Shown: piece after piece, positions 15,505-24,668 of the stretch | How positions within the stretch are numbered: position 1 is the first letter of the stretch | Layout of the letters: every line of letters begins with the position of its first letter | Assembly: GCA_902630885.1 (NCBI GenBank) | Contig: CACOWI010000004.1 | Coordinates: forward strand, 8,762 to 72,761 | Reading direction: 5' to 3' | DNA from: an uncultured SAR86 cluster bacterium | Lineage (GTDB): Bacteria; Pseudomonadota; Gammaproteobacteria; Magnimaribacterales; D2472 | Length of the DNA: 64,000 nucleotides | Program-made: the position numbers and the translations under genes | The notes under the pieces: generated by a model | Seen by the model: only the letters and a program-made list of their open reading frames with translations | Told to the model about the DNA's origin: nothing | Databases searched by the model: none

Positions 15505-17223
15505 TTGCATAAATATTTTTCATCATTATTCGTCATTGCAATTTTGTATGGATGCTCAGATTCTGTAGAAAATAAAATTAATATTCCAATGACTTCTGAG
15601 GTTGAAGATCTTATCTTGCATTCGGAAGAATTTGAACAAAAAATACTTTCTTATGATACTCCAGGAGGAAAGATTCACTTTGCAATTGGATTTGGAATTG
15701 CAAATTCAATTATGGTGGAGGGCGATGACGGAAATATCATCATCGATGCTGCTGATAGCATTTACGAAGCAAATAAGATTTATAACTTATTCAAGCAAAA
15801 AAATTCGAATCCGATTAAAGCAATTATTTATACGCATAATCATGGCGATCATACATTTGGAACACAATACTATTTGAATTTACAAAAGGAAAGACCAAAA
15901 ATAATTGCTCATGAAGATACCGATTTTTATGTACAAAGAATTATGGGAATCCTTAATCCCATTATCACTACCCGAAGCACAAGAATGTTTGGCACAACTT
16001 TGCCTGAGGAAGATTTAATTAATGCTGGCATTGGTCCAAATTTAAGTGTTTCAAAATCACCAACAGGTTATGTTAAACCAGATCTTACTTTTGAAGACGA
16101 GTTGAAAATTAATATTTCAGGTATAGAAATTGAGTTGTATCATGCTCCAGGTGAAACAAATGATCAGATTTTCGTTTGGCTACCAAAACACAAGTCTTTA
16201 ATGCCAGGTGATAATGTTTACAAAACTTTTCCAAATTTATATACCATTAGGGGGACCTCACATAGAGATGTAAAAGGTTGGATTGATAGTTTGGACCATA
16301 TGAAATCATTTAATCCTGAATTTTTATTCCCGAGTCATACGAAACCAATTATAGGAGAGGAAGTCATTCAAGATGTTTTAAATATCTACAGAGATGCTAT
16401 TCAATATATTCATGATCAGACCATCAGGTTGATGAATCAAGGAATGTATCCAGATGAAATCGCTGAGAAAATTAAACTACCTAAAGGTATTGCTGATTCT
16501 CCATATTTGAGAGAGTTTTATGGAACTGTAAGATGGTCTGTTAAGAGTATATTTAATGGTTATTTAGGTTGGTTTAGTGGTAATCCTTCTGAGCTAGATC
16601 CTCTTTCAAGAGAAGAAAAAGCAAAAAGAATATTAAATCTTGCTGGAGATTTAGATGTTTTGATTGACGATTTAAGACTTGCTGTTGAAAAAGAAGATAT
16701 GCAATGGGCACTGGAATTAAGTGATTATCTAATAGCATTAGATAGTTTTAATGAGGAAGTAAAAGATTTAAGAATAGATGCTTTAATATATGAAGGCTCT
16801 AGATCAGCAAATCCTAATAAAAGAAATTATTTTTTAACCTCAGCGTTTGAATTAAGAGAAAAATTTATAGAATCTTCATTATTGGATAGAACTTCTGTAG
16901 AGCTTTTGGAATATGTATCAATGGATACTTTATTTGATGTTTTGTCTACAAGATATAATCCAGACAAAAGGATTGAAGAAAATACATCTGTTTGTTTTTT
17001 ATTTTCATCTGGGTTAAGAAAGAGCATTACCGTAAGAAATCAGGTAGTAGTAATAAGTAACAGAATCCTAGATAACTGTTTAATTACAATTAAAACTGAC
17101 GAAATTGAAATGAAAAAAGTTCTATCAGGATTCTCAAATCCTGTAACCTCCATCGCTTCTGGAATTATACAGATTGAAGGAAGCTCAGTTGAGTTTCTTC
17201 AATTTTTGAGCAAATTTAGGTAG
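15505..17223 (+). CDS. alkyl/aryl-sulfatase of the metallo-beta-lactamase fold (SdsA1/BDS1-like), lipoprotein
   Basis: MBL motif 'YTHNHGDH', length about 570 aa with a C-terminal SCP2-like tail, lipobox 'ILYGCS', TTG start. Confidence 0.75.
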   Translation: MHKYFSSLFVIAILYGCSDSVENKINIPMTSEVEDLILHSEEFEQKILSYDTPGGKIHFAIGFGIANSIMVEGDDGNIIIDAADSIYEANKIYNLFKQKNSNPIKAIIYTHNHGDHTFGTQYYLNLQKERPKIIAHEDTDFYVQRIMGILNPIITTRSTRMFGTTLPEEDLINAGIGPNLSVSKSPTGYVKPDLTFEDELKINISGIEIELYHAPGETNDQIFVWLPKHKSLMPGDNVYKTFPNLYTIRGTSHRDVKGWIDSLDHMKSFNPEFLFPSHTKPIIGEEVIQDVLNIYRDAIQYIHDQTIRLMNQGMYPDEIAEKIKLPKGIADSPYLREFYGTVRWSVKSIFNGYLGWFSGNPSELDPLSREEKAKRILNLAGDLDVLIDDLRLAVEKEDMQWALELSDYLIALDSFNEEVKDLRIDALIYEGSRSANPNKRNYFLTSAFELREKFIESSLLDRTSVELLEYVSMDTLFDVLSTRYNPDKRIEENTSVCFLFSSGLRKSITVRNQVVVISNRILDNCLITIKTDEIEMKKVLSGFSNPVTSIASGIIQIEGSSVEFLQFLSKFR

Positions 17224-17224
17224 A

Positions 17225-18448
17225 TTAAGAATTACCTGAAGGAATATCTTTAAATGCTACGCCTTTGTCTGCTCTGGGATCTTGAGGTAATCCGAGCACT
17301 CTTTCAGCGATAATATTTCTAAGGATTTCATCTGTTCCTCCAGCAATTCTCATTCCTGGAGCACCCAACCATGCATTTTGAAAACCTTTTACATCAGCAT
17401 TATCTGTTCTTAACATACCAGCCATGTCAAGTGAATCTATTCCAAAGTTGCCAATATTTTGAAGTTTTCCAGCACTCACAATTTTTGTAATTGATGCTTC
17501 TGGTCCAGGAGTATCTCCTCTTGAAAGTGCTGACATTGTTCTTAGTTTTGTATTTTTTAGCCCACTTTTTTCACAATACCAATCTGCAATTGATTCTCTC
17601 GCTGCTTTATTATTTAAAAGAGGTTCTCCTAAATTATCTTGAGTTTTTGCCCACCTAAAAGCATCTTCAACATCAGCGCCACCAGCATCACCAACAGCAA
17701 GTCTTTCATTCATTAGAGTTGTTATAGCAACTTTCCAACCATCTCCGATCTCACCAAGTCTTTGAGAATCAGGAATTTCTACATCGGTGAAATAAACCTC
17801 ATTAAAGCTTGAACCACCAGTTATTTGCTTTATCGGCTTCACTTCTATACCAGGCGATTTCATATCTACAAAAAAGAAGGTCATACCTTTATGTTTTTCC
17901 ATATTTGGATCATGTCTAACAACTAATATCCCGTAGTCTGAAAAGTGTGCACCAGAAGTCCAAACCTTTTGACCATTGATAATCCATTTATCACCTTTTT
18001 GAACTGCTTTGCTTCGAAGACCAGCAACATCTGAGCCTGCTGAAGGCTCAGAAAAAAGCTGACACCAAATTTCTTTTCCTTCCGCCATTGGAGGTAGATA
18101 TCTTTCTTTTTGCTCCTCAGTAGCATATTCCATCATAACTGGACCACACATACCAAGACCAATTTCGAAAATTCCTTTTGGCACATCAAACTTTGACTCT
18201 TCATTAGCCCATATGATCCTTTCCATTGAGCTTGCACCGATACCACCATATTCTTTTGGCCAATGCAGCATAGCCCATCCTGCATCATACTTCTTTTTTT
18301 GCCATGCCTTGGCAGCTTTCATTTTATCTTTATTAGCAAAATCATCATTTTGAGGAGTTGAATCCTCTTTAGGTGTGGCATTTTTTTCGAGCCAATCTCT
18401 ACATTTTTTTCTGAATTTTGCTTCTTCTTTAGTATCATTAAAGTCCAT
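17225..18448 (-). CDS. acyl-CoA dehydrogenase family protein (407 aa)
   Basis: ACAD architecture, including 'FSEPSAGSD', 'GQKVWTSGA' and C-terminal 'GGTDEILRNIIAERVLGL'. Confidence 0.85.
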   Translation of the reverse strand: MDFNDTKEEAKFRKKCRDWLEKNATPKEDSTPQNDDFANKDKMKAAKAWQKKKYDAGWAMLHWPKEYGGIGASSMERIIWANEESKFDVPKGIFEIGLGMCGPVMMEYATEEQKERYLPPMAEGKEIWCQLFSEPSAGSDVAGLRSKAVQKGDKWIINGQKVWTSGAHFSDYGILVVRHDPNMEKHKGMTFFFVDMKSPGIEVKPIKQITGGSSFNEVYFTDVEIPDSQRLGEIGDGWKVAITTLMNERLAVGDAGGADVEDAFRWAKTQDNLGEPLLNNKAARESIADWYCEKSGLKNTKLRTMSALSRGDTPGPEASITKIVSAGKLQNIGNFGIDSLDMAGMLRTDNADVKGFQNAWLGAPGMRIAGGTDEILRNIIAERVLGLPQDPRADKGVAFKDIPSGNS

Positions 18449-18458
18449 TTTCTATTTC

Positions 18459-19571
18459 CTAATTAATATTTGATTGCTCTAAACTAGTAACTAATTTTTC
18501 TCTCCAATTACTAAGAGATCCAAGATTTAATGACAAAAGTTTAGATCGTCTGTAAAACATATGGCAATCGTATTCCCATGTAAAACCATTACCACCATGA
18601 GTTTGAATATTTTCTTGAGAGCATAATTGATATGCTTTTATAGCACTTACACGAGCAGTCGCCGAAGCTGATGGAAGATCAGCAGAGTCAGTAGATAATG
18701 CCCATGCAGCATAATAGCAATTGGATTTTGCAAGAGTAAGTGCGATATACATATCAGCAAGTTTGTGTTTAATAGCTTGATAGGATCCTATTGGACGTCC
18801 AAAAGCATATCTTTCCTTTGCATAATTAACAGCCATATCAAGCGATGCCTGAGAACCTCCAATTTGTTCATATGCAAATAATACAGCAGCCTGATTAATA
18901 ATCGATTCATAAATATCCCATCCAGATATTTCATCACCAATGCCTTCAGTTTTGACGTCATTAAATATAATTGAAAAGTGACCTCTACTCTCATCAATAT
19001 TTTCTTGATGTTCGATTGATACACCTTGATCAGATAAATCAGCTATTTGAAGTGAAATTCCATCACTTGACTTTGCAACGACTAGCGCATGAGTCGCAAT
19101 GCTTGCATCAGGAACTGCGATTTTCTTACCATTTATTTTCCCTGAATCATAAGCAAGTGCTATATTTTCCTTTGAAGGCGCAAATAAATCTTCTGTTACT
19201 GCCAGAGTACCAACAATATCACCTGATACTAGCTTTGGAAGAAGACTTTTTTTCATTTCTTCACTACCATACTTAATAACAGCCTCTGTAAATAAATATA
19301 CCGAGGATGAGAAAGGAACTGGTGCCAAGAATCTTCCCAGTTCTTCTGCAATTACACATAATTCAAGGTGACCTAATCCAAGACCGCCAAATTCCTCAGG
19401 AACTCTAATACCAGTCCAACCAAGTTCAACGATTTTTGACCAAAGTTCTTGATCAAAATACGATTGATTTTCTAATACTGTTCTGTTTCTTAAAAGGGCA
19501 TTTTCCTTTTCTAAAAATTTTCTTGCTTCTTCTTGAAGAAATTTTTGATCGTCTGAAAAATCTAAATTCAT
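18459..19571 (-). CDS. acyl-CoA dehydrogenase family protein (370 aa), likely partner subunit of the downstream ACAD
   Basis: ACAD-like throughout ('ERYAFGRPIGSYQAIKHKLADM', 'HGGNGFTWEYDCHMFYRRSK'). Lies 10 nt upstream of the 407-aa ACAD on the same strand. Confidence 0.8.
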   Translation of the reverse strand: MNLDFSDDQKFLQEEARKFLEKENALLRNRTVLENQSYFDQELWSKIVELGWTGIRVPEEFGGLGLGHLELCVIAEELGRFLAPVPFSSSVYLFTEAVIKYGSEEMKKSLLPKLVSGDIVGTLAVTEDLFAPSKENIALAYDSGKINGKKIAVPDASIATHALVVAKSSDGISLQIADLSDQGVSIEHQENIDESRGHFSIIFNDVKTEGIGDEISGWDIYESIINQAAVLFAYEQIGGSQASLDMAVNYAKERYAFGRPIGSYQAIKHKLADMYIALTLAKSNCYYAAWALSTDSADLPSASATARVSAIKAYQLCSQENIQTHGGNGFTWEYDCHMFYRRSKLLSLNLGSLSNWREKLVTSLEQSNIN

Positions 19572-19640
19572 TATAAAGTTTTAAGTTAAGGTAAAATAAG
19601 CAATTATTATATGCTAAATAAGTTTGAATTTTAATTACCA

Positions 19641-20294
19641 ATGACAAGTAAACTAAAAATTACAAAAAAATTACCACCATATCTTGAGAAATCTTCAAAA
19701 GGAGGACTTTTAGTAGGGTTTATTTATGTAATAGCGTTTATGAGTATTTTACTCTTAGCAATATGGCAAACTTTTGAATCTGAAAACAATAAATCTTCAA
19801 TGAAGCTTGTTGATGAAAGACTCTCACTAATTGAAGAACAAATAAATATAGTTGATGAAACAAACAACGACTCCATGACGGATATAACATCGTCAATACA
19901 ATTTCTTGATAAAGAGATTAGAAAATTATGGGATTTAAGCAACAAAAGGAATAAAGTCGATATTCAAAAACTCACCGACCAAACTGCTGAGATAGAAAAA
20001 CTTCTATTTGTTCTTAAGAGTGATATTGAGAATAACCAAAAAAATCTCTTATCTGTTCAAGAAGATGTTGGTAATAATATTGAAAAAATACAAGACTTAG
20101 GTTTGTCATCGGAAGACTTAGCTGCCTTAAAATTTAGTTTAAGTAACATTGATACACAGTTAATATTGCTTGATGACTCAGTTGAGGCGCTAAACAGTTA
20201 TAGAAATCAGCTTAATCAAGTGATACTAGAGATTCAAACGCAGATATCAAGTGTCCAAAATTCTATTAATGAGGATAAAGTTGTTCAAAATTAA
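19641..20294 (+). CDS. membrane-anchored coiled-coil protein, unknown function
   Basis: One TM ('LLVGFIYVIAFMSILLLAIW') followed by about 170 aa of heptad-like E/K/Q/L/N-rich sequence. Confidence 0.5.
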   Translation: MTSKLKITKKLPPYLEKSSKGGLLVGFIYVIAFMSILLLAIWQTFESENNKSSMKLVDERLSLIEEQINIVDETNNDSMTDITSSIQFLDKEIRKLWDLSNKRNKVDIQKLTDQTAEIEKLLFVLKSDIENNQKNLLSVQEDVGNNIEKIQDLGLSSEDLAALKFSLSNIDTQLILLDDSVEALNSYRNQLNQVILEIQTQISSVQNSINEDKVVQN

Positions 20295-20315
20295 CAATTT
20301 ATTTAATATATAGAT

Positions 20316-20528
20316 GTGAATAGGTTTGTTTTACAGGTTTTTTTGTTCCTCGCATTTATTCCTTTAGCAATATTAGTTGGTTATGGAATTGTGGTTGTTG
20401 CACCAATTTTTTGCTGTTTTCTTGCAATTAACTCTTATAAATTTAACAATTATAGAGAAATGTACATATGGATGGCATTTGGTGCATTATCTTTCATGCT
20501 TGCTTTATATATGTTGGGAGTCTTATGA
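20316..20528 (+). CDS. small two-TM membrane protein (70 aa)
   Basis: Hydrophobic ORF with a GTG start. Its stop overlaps the next ATG (ATGA). Confidence 0.4.
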   Translation: MNRFVLQVFLFLAFIPLAILVGYGIVVVAPIFCCFLAINSYKFNNYREMYIWMAFGALSFMLALYMLGVL

Positions 20529-20923
20529 CATTAATAATGAAAGGATATTTGTTTATAATCGGTGTTACCTCAATTGTAATGGGTTTATGGGCTATGCTTG
20601 GTCCGGAATTTGTAGCCTGGTATCCTGCATTTGATGGCGTTGAGAGATACACACCTCTGGCAAATTTTATTAGAACAATGTCAGGAGTATTTGTTGCATC
20701 AGGCTACATCCTTGTCCGGTTTATTTTCTCATCATCAAAGGTTCAACTTGGAACAGTTTTAATATATCTGTGTGCATTTATGCTTTTAGGAAAAGCTTGT
20801 GGCTTATTTTATGAGGGATATCATTTTCATGATATCGTTGCTTCAATTTTGGGATTGCTTACCCTCATTGGATTGATTATTGTGCATAGACATAGAAAAA
20901 ATTTACTTAATTACGATCTTTAA
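20525..20923 (+). CDS. four-TM membrane protein (132 aa), unknown function
   Basis: I chose the in-frame ATG at 20525 (MTLIMKGYLFIIG...) over the track start at 20468, because it gives an ATGA junction with the upstream ORF. Architecture resembles the ORF at 24261..24668. Confidence 0.5.
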   Translation: MTLIMKGYLFIIGVTSIVMGLWAMLGPEFVAWYPAFDGVERYTPLANFIRTMSGVFVASGYILVRFIFSSSKVQLGTVLIYLCAFMLLGKACGLFYEGYHFHDIVASILGLLTLIGLIIVHRHRKNLLNYDL

Positions 20924-20968
20924 ATAATTTTCACTAAAACAATATAACTATATATAATGCATATGCTC

Positions 20969-21053
20969 GGGGATGTGGTGGAACTGGTAGACACGCTTGG
21001 CTTAGAACCAAGTGCCGCAAGGCGTGGGGGTTCGACTCCCTCCATCCCTACCA
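20969..21053 (+). tRNA. tRNA-Leu (anticodon TAG), type II with long variable arm, CCA encoded
   Basis: Hand-folded: acceptor GGGGATG/CATCCCT, D arm GTGG..ACAC, anticodon stem CTTGG/CCAAG with loop CTTAGAA, variable arm TGCCGCAAGGCGT, T arm GGGGG-TTCGACT-CCCTC. Confidence 0.9.
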
Positions 21054-21069
21054 TTTATAATAAGTAATT

Positions 21070-22428
21070 ATGTCTAAGGGTTTTATTTTATCTGACGAAA
21101 TTCTCAATCATGAGATAAATGATCCTGCTTTTAAAGAAACATATAATTTTAATTCAACTGGAAAATTAAACGATCTTGATCTGTTCACAAAAGGTCAACC
21201 TTTCGATCTTTATAAGGATTTAAGAGAAAACGCTCCTGTTTACTTCCATGAACCAATGCCCATGGATCCAGAACCTGGTTATTGGGTTCTAACAAAATAT
21301 GAAGATATTAAATATGTATCAATGAATCCTAAGATTTTTTCTTCTCAATATAAAACTGGTAATTTACTTACGTTAGGAACAGAAGAGAACAGACATCCTA
21401 AACTTTTTAAATCTACGATTGATCATATGTTAAATCTTGATGGAGAAATGCATTTAGGCTTGAGAAAAGAACATATGCCTTTTTTCAAGCCAGGATATAT
21501 TGAAGAACTTCAAAAAAAAGTATCTCTAAAAGTTACACAACTTCTTGATAATATCGCTCCAATGGGTGAATGCAATCTTGTTCATCAAGTTTCACAACAG
21601 TTACCAATATTTACTCTTTCAGAAATATTAGGTATTCCAGAAGAGGATAGACAAAAATTAGTTTCGTGGATGGAGTTTCTCGAATTAGCACAATATTTTA
21701 CATATGAAATGATTAAAGAGCAGAATGAAGGTAAGACAGACTCCACCCCTGATCCAGCAATGATAGACATGTTTAATGCAATGGTTGATGAGATGTTTGA
21801 TTATGGACGATTTATTCTTAAAAGCAAAAGACAAAATCCTTCTGAAGATTTATTGAGCGCAATTGCAAATGCAAAAATTGGAGATGAAAAATTAACTGAT
21901 GAATTTTTAGATGGTTCTTGGTTATTAATTATTTTTGCTGGTAACGATACAACAAGAAATACTATGAGTGGTGGAATTAAGCTTTTACATGAAAATCAGT
22001 CACAAAAGGATCTGTTAATGAACAATTTAGATTTACTTCCAAATTTTATCAATGAAACTGTAAGATGCGTTTCGCCAGTAATTCATATGAGAAGAACTTC
22101 TTTAGAGGAAGCTGAAATTAATGGGCAAAAAATAGGACCATATGAAAAAATTTCATTGTGGTATGGTGCCGCTAATAGAGATCCTGATATTTTTGAGAAT
22201 CCAGATGAATTCAATATTTTAAGAGAAAATGCAGATAAACATTTAGCATTTGGAATCGGCAGACATACCTGCTTAGGTAAACCAGTTGCATTGATGCAGT
22301 TAAAGGAGTTTTATTCTCAATTCTTAACAAGATTTAAAGATTTCGAAATGAATGGTGATTGGAAAGTTGCACCAAATAATTTTGTTCATGCAATTCAAGA
22401 AATGCCAATAAAATTTACTCCTGAATGA
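21070..22428 (+). CDS. cytochrome P450
   Basis: Heme-thiolate loop 'FGIGRHTCLGKPVA', I-helix 'FAGNDTTRN', ExxR-like 'ETVR'. Confidence 0.9.
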   Translation: MSKGFILSDEILNHEINDPAFKETYNFNSTGKLNDLDLFTKGQPFDLYKDLRENAPVYFHEPMPMDPEPGYWVLTKYEDIKYVSMNPKIFSSQYKTGNLLTLGTEENRHPKLFKSTIDHMLNLDGEMHLGLRKEHMPFFKPGYIEELQKKVSLKVTQLLDNIAPMGECNLVHQVSQQLPIFTLSEILGIPEEDRQKLVSWMEFLELAQYFTYEMIKEQNEGKTDSTPDPAMIDMFNAMVDEMFDYGRFILKSKRQNPSEDLLSAIANAKIGDEKLTDEFLDGSWLLIIFAGNDTTRNTMSGGIKLLHENQSQKDLLMNNLDLLPNFINETVRCVSPVIHMRRTSLEEAEINGQKIGPYEKISLWYGAANRDPDIFENPDEFNILRENADKHLAFGIGRHTCLGKPVALMQLKEFYSQFLTRFKDFEMNGDWKVAPNNFVHAIQEMPIKFTPE

Positions 22429-23708
22429 TAATTCCTTATCTTCATTATCGGTTTAAAGTTATTTTTTTATCATTTTTAGCTGTATTTATATGTTACATAG
22501 ATAGAGTTAATATTTCTGTAGCAATAATTCCAATGCAAGAACAATTTGGTTGGTCTGAATCGCAAGTTGGAATTATTCTAGGATCTTTTTACTTTGGTTA
22601 TATGATCACCATGATTCTCGGTGGATATTTAGCAGATAAATACGGTGGTAAAAAAGTTCTTGGGTATGGATTATTAATTTGGTCATTTTTTACTATTATT
22701 ACTCCCTTTTTTGCATATCAGGGATTATGGTGGTTGATTTTAATAAGAATATTAATGGGATTAGGAGAGGGCGTAACTTTTCCATCTTGGCATGCAATTT
22801 ACGCAAGATGGGTTCCTTTTAAGGAAAGAACCAGAGCTGTTGGTTTTACAAATAGTGGAATTGCAGCAGGAACATTATTTGGATATGCAGTTGCAGCATT
22901 AATAATTGCTAATTATTCATGGGAGTGGGTATTTTATACGTTTGGAGTTTTAGGATTTTTTTGGTATTTTTTTTGGAGTAGAAGTGTTACATCTTTTCCA
23001 GAAGATAATCAAAATCTGTCACAAAAGGAATTAAAATTAATTCAATCCGAGGCGCCTGCCAAGGTTTCTGCTTCTTCAATACCATTACTTAGGCTTATAA
23101 GAAATGGTCCATTTATGGCAATTACCGTAGCTACATTCTGTAACAATTGGTCTCTTTATACATTTTTATCTTATTTGCCAAAATACGTTAATGCTCCAGT
23201 CTCACAGGGAGGAATGGGAATTGACTTAGGCTCAAATGCATTCATTTATTCAATTGTAATTCCATGTTTAGTAGCAATGATTGCGCTTATATTAGGCGGC
23301 ATACTAGCTGATGCTTTAATTAAAAGAGGTCATGAAGTTATCAAAGTTAGGAAAACTGTAAATTCAATAGGGTTTTTTGGATCTGCATTTTTTTTATACT
23401 TAATTTCTTTAGAAGACTCTCTTATTAATGCAGTTATTTTGCTTTGTCTTATTAATATTTGTTCAGGTATTTGCGCAGGTGGATTTGGTGTGAATCATGC
23501 AGATCTAGGACCCAAATATACTGGTTCATTAGTCGGAATTGCTGGAAGTATCGGAATGATTGCTGCTATTCTTGCTCCAATAGTTGCTGGATTTATTCTT
23601 GAAATTACAAACTCATGGAGTTCAATTTTTTATATATGTTCTTTTGTTTTAATTTTTGGTGGAATTTTTTATTTAATATTTGCAAGTGCAACTAAGCAGT
23701 TCGATTAA
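22425..23708 (+). CDS. MFS transporter, anion:cation symporter (ACS/SLC17-like) type
   Basis: 12-TM architecture with 'GGYLADKYGGKKVL' (MFS loop 2-3 motif). ATGA overlap with the P450 stop. Confidence 0.85.
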   Translation: MIIPYLHYRFKVIFLSFLAVFICYIDRVNISVAIIPMQEQFGWSESQVGIILGSFYFGYMITMILGGYLADKYGGKKVLGYGLLIWSFFTIITPFFAYQGLWWLILIRILMGLGEGVTFPSWHAIYARWVPFKERTRAVGFTNSGIAAGTLFGYAVAALIIANYSWEWVFYTFGVLGFFWYFFWSRSVTSFPEDNQNLSQKELKLIQSEAPAKVSASSIPLLRLIRNGPFMAITVATFCNNWSLYTFLSYLPKYVNAPVSQGGMGIDLGSNAFIYSIVIPCLVAMIALILGGILADALIKRGHEVIKVRKTVNSIGFFGSAFFLYLISLEDSLINAVILLCLINICSGICAGGFGVNHADLGPKYTGSLVGIAGSIGMIAAILAPIVAGFILEITNSWSSIFYICSFVLIFGGIFYLIFASATKQFD

Positions 23709-23719
23709 ACAGATTCAGA

Positions 23720-24223
23720 TTAATTTACTGTGATTTCTTGAAAGAAATCAAAAATCTCTTGGCTTGATCTGTCTCTTGCAGTTCTCCATTCAGTTGTTCT
23801 CGAATCATTAAGTAAATTCTTTTCTTTATCGAAAACTAAAAGTCTTGGGATACCTTCTGCAGCAGGAATACCATACTCCTCCATAAGTTCCATGTTTATT
23901 TCATATCTCTTAACGTCAATGTATAAAACATTAAATTTTTCTTCGATGTAAGATTTAATTTTAGGAATATTCATTGTGCCTGCAAAAATTCTACAATCAG
24001 GACACCAATTAGCACCAAACATTAAAATAGGTTGCTTATTATCATCAATAGTTTCGTTTAAAAATTTATTTAAGTTTTCAACACTATAAATTGTTCCATC
24101 ATATGGAAGTGGAAGCGGCGTTATTAATTTATCGTTTTCATTAAGCATAATATTCCCATTTAGATTTAGGCAAATTAAAAAAAAGTATGAAATATTAAAA
24201 TATTTGATTACACTCTTAAACAT
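23720..24223 (-). CDS. secreted thioredoxin-fold protein
   Basis: Signal-like N-terminus and 'FGANWCPDCRIF' CxxC active site. Confidence 0.7.
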   Translation of the reverse strand: MFKSVIKYFNISYFFLICLNLNGNIMLNENDKLITPLPLPYDGTIYSVENLNKFLNETIDDNKQPILMFGANWCPDCRIFAGTMNIPKIKSYIEEKFNVLYIDVKRYEINMELMEEYGIPAAEGIPRLLVFDKEKNLLNDSRTTEWRTARDRSSQEIFDFFQEITVN

Positions 24224-24260
24224 ATTAACAATTTTATTTTAAAAAAACTGAGAAAAAAAG

Positions 24261-24668
24261 TTGATCTGGATAATTAGACTTTACTTATTATTTATGGCGT
24301 TTGTATATGCCACAATAGGTGTCTGGGCAATATTAGATCCATTGCTTGGAGCCTTAGAGCTTGGCTATCCTAGTTTTTTAAATGCTGTTGGTCTCTCAAT
24401 AACTTCACCATTAGGGTACTCTGAGATAGCTGGAATTTATGGTGGCTTAAACCTTTGCCTAGGAATAATGTGCCTAGTAGGTATTTTTAAAAAAAATGTA
24501 GGTATTTTTTCAATAAAATTTATAACATTTCTAGTAGGATCAATCGCATTCGGGAGAGTAATTTTTTCAATGTTGCCTACAACACCAAGCTTCTTTAACC
24601 CTTATTTTGTTTTCGAAATTATTGCTCTTTTTGTTGGGTTATTATTGCTATATATGCAAAAGTCATAG
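24261..24668 (+). CDS. four-TM membrane protein, unknown function
   Basis: Hydrophobic 135-aa ORF with a TTG start. Topology resembles 20525..20923. Confidence 0.45.
   Translation: MIWIIRLYLLFMAFVYATIGVWAILDPLLGALELGYPSFLNAVGLSITSPLGYSEIAGIYGGLNLCLGIMCLVGIFKKNVGIFSIKFITFLVGSIAFGRVIFSMLPTTPSFFNPYFVFEIIALFVGLLLLYMQKS

Noticed and set aside
20377-20634. 85-aa ORF, and the 20468 start of the following ORF, both overlapping the small membrane-protein genes
   Set aside because: These are alternative frames of the same hydrophobic region. The 20316..20528 and 20525..20923 pair gives a clean ATGA junction and sensible TM proteins.
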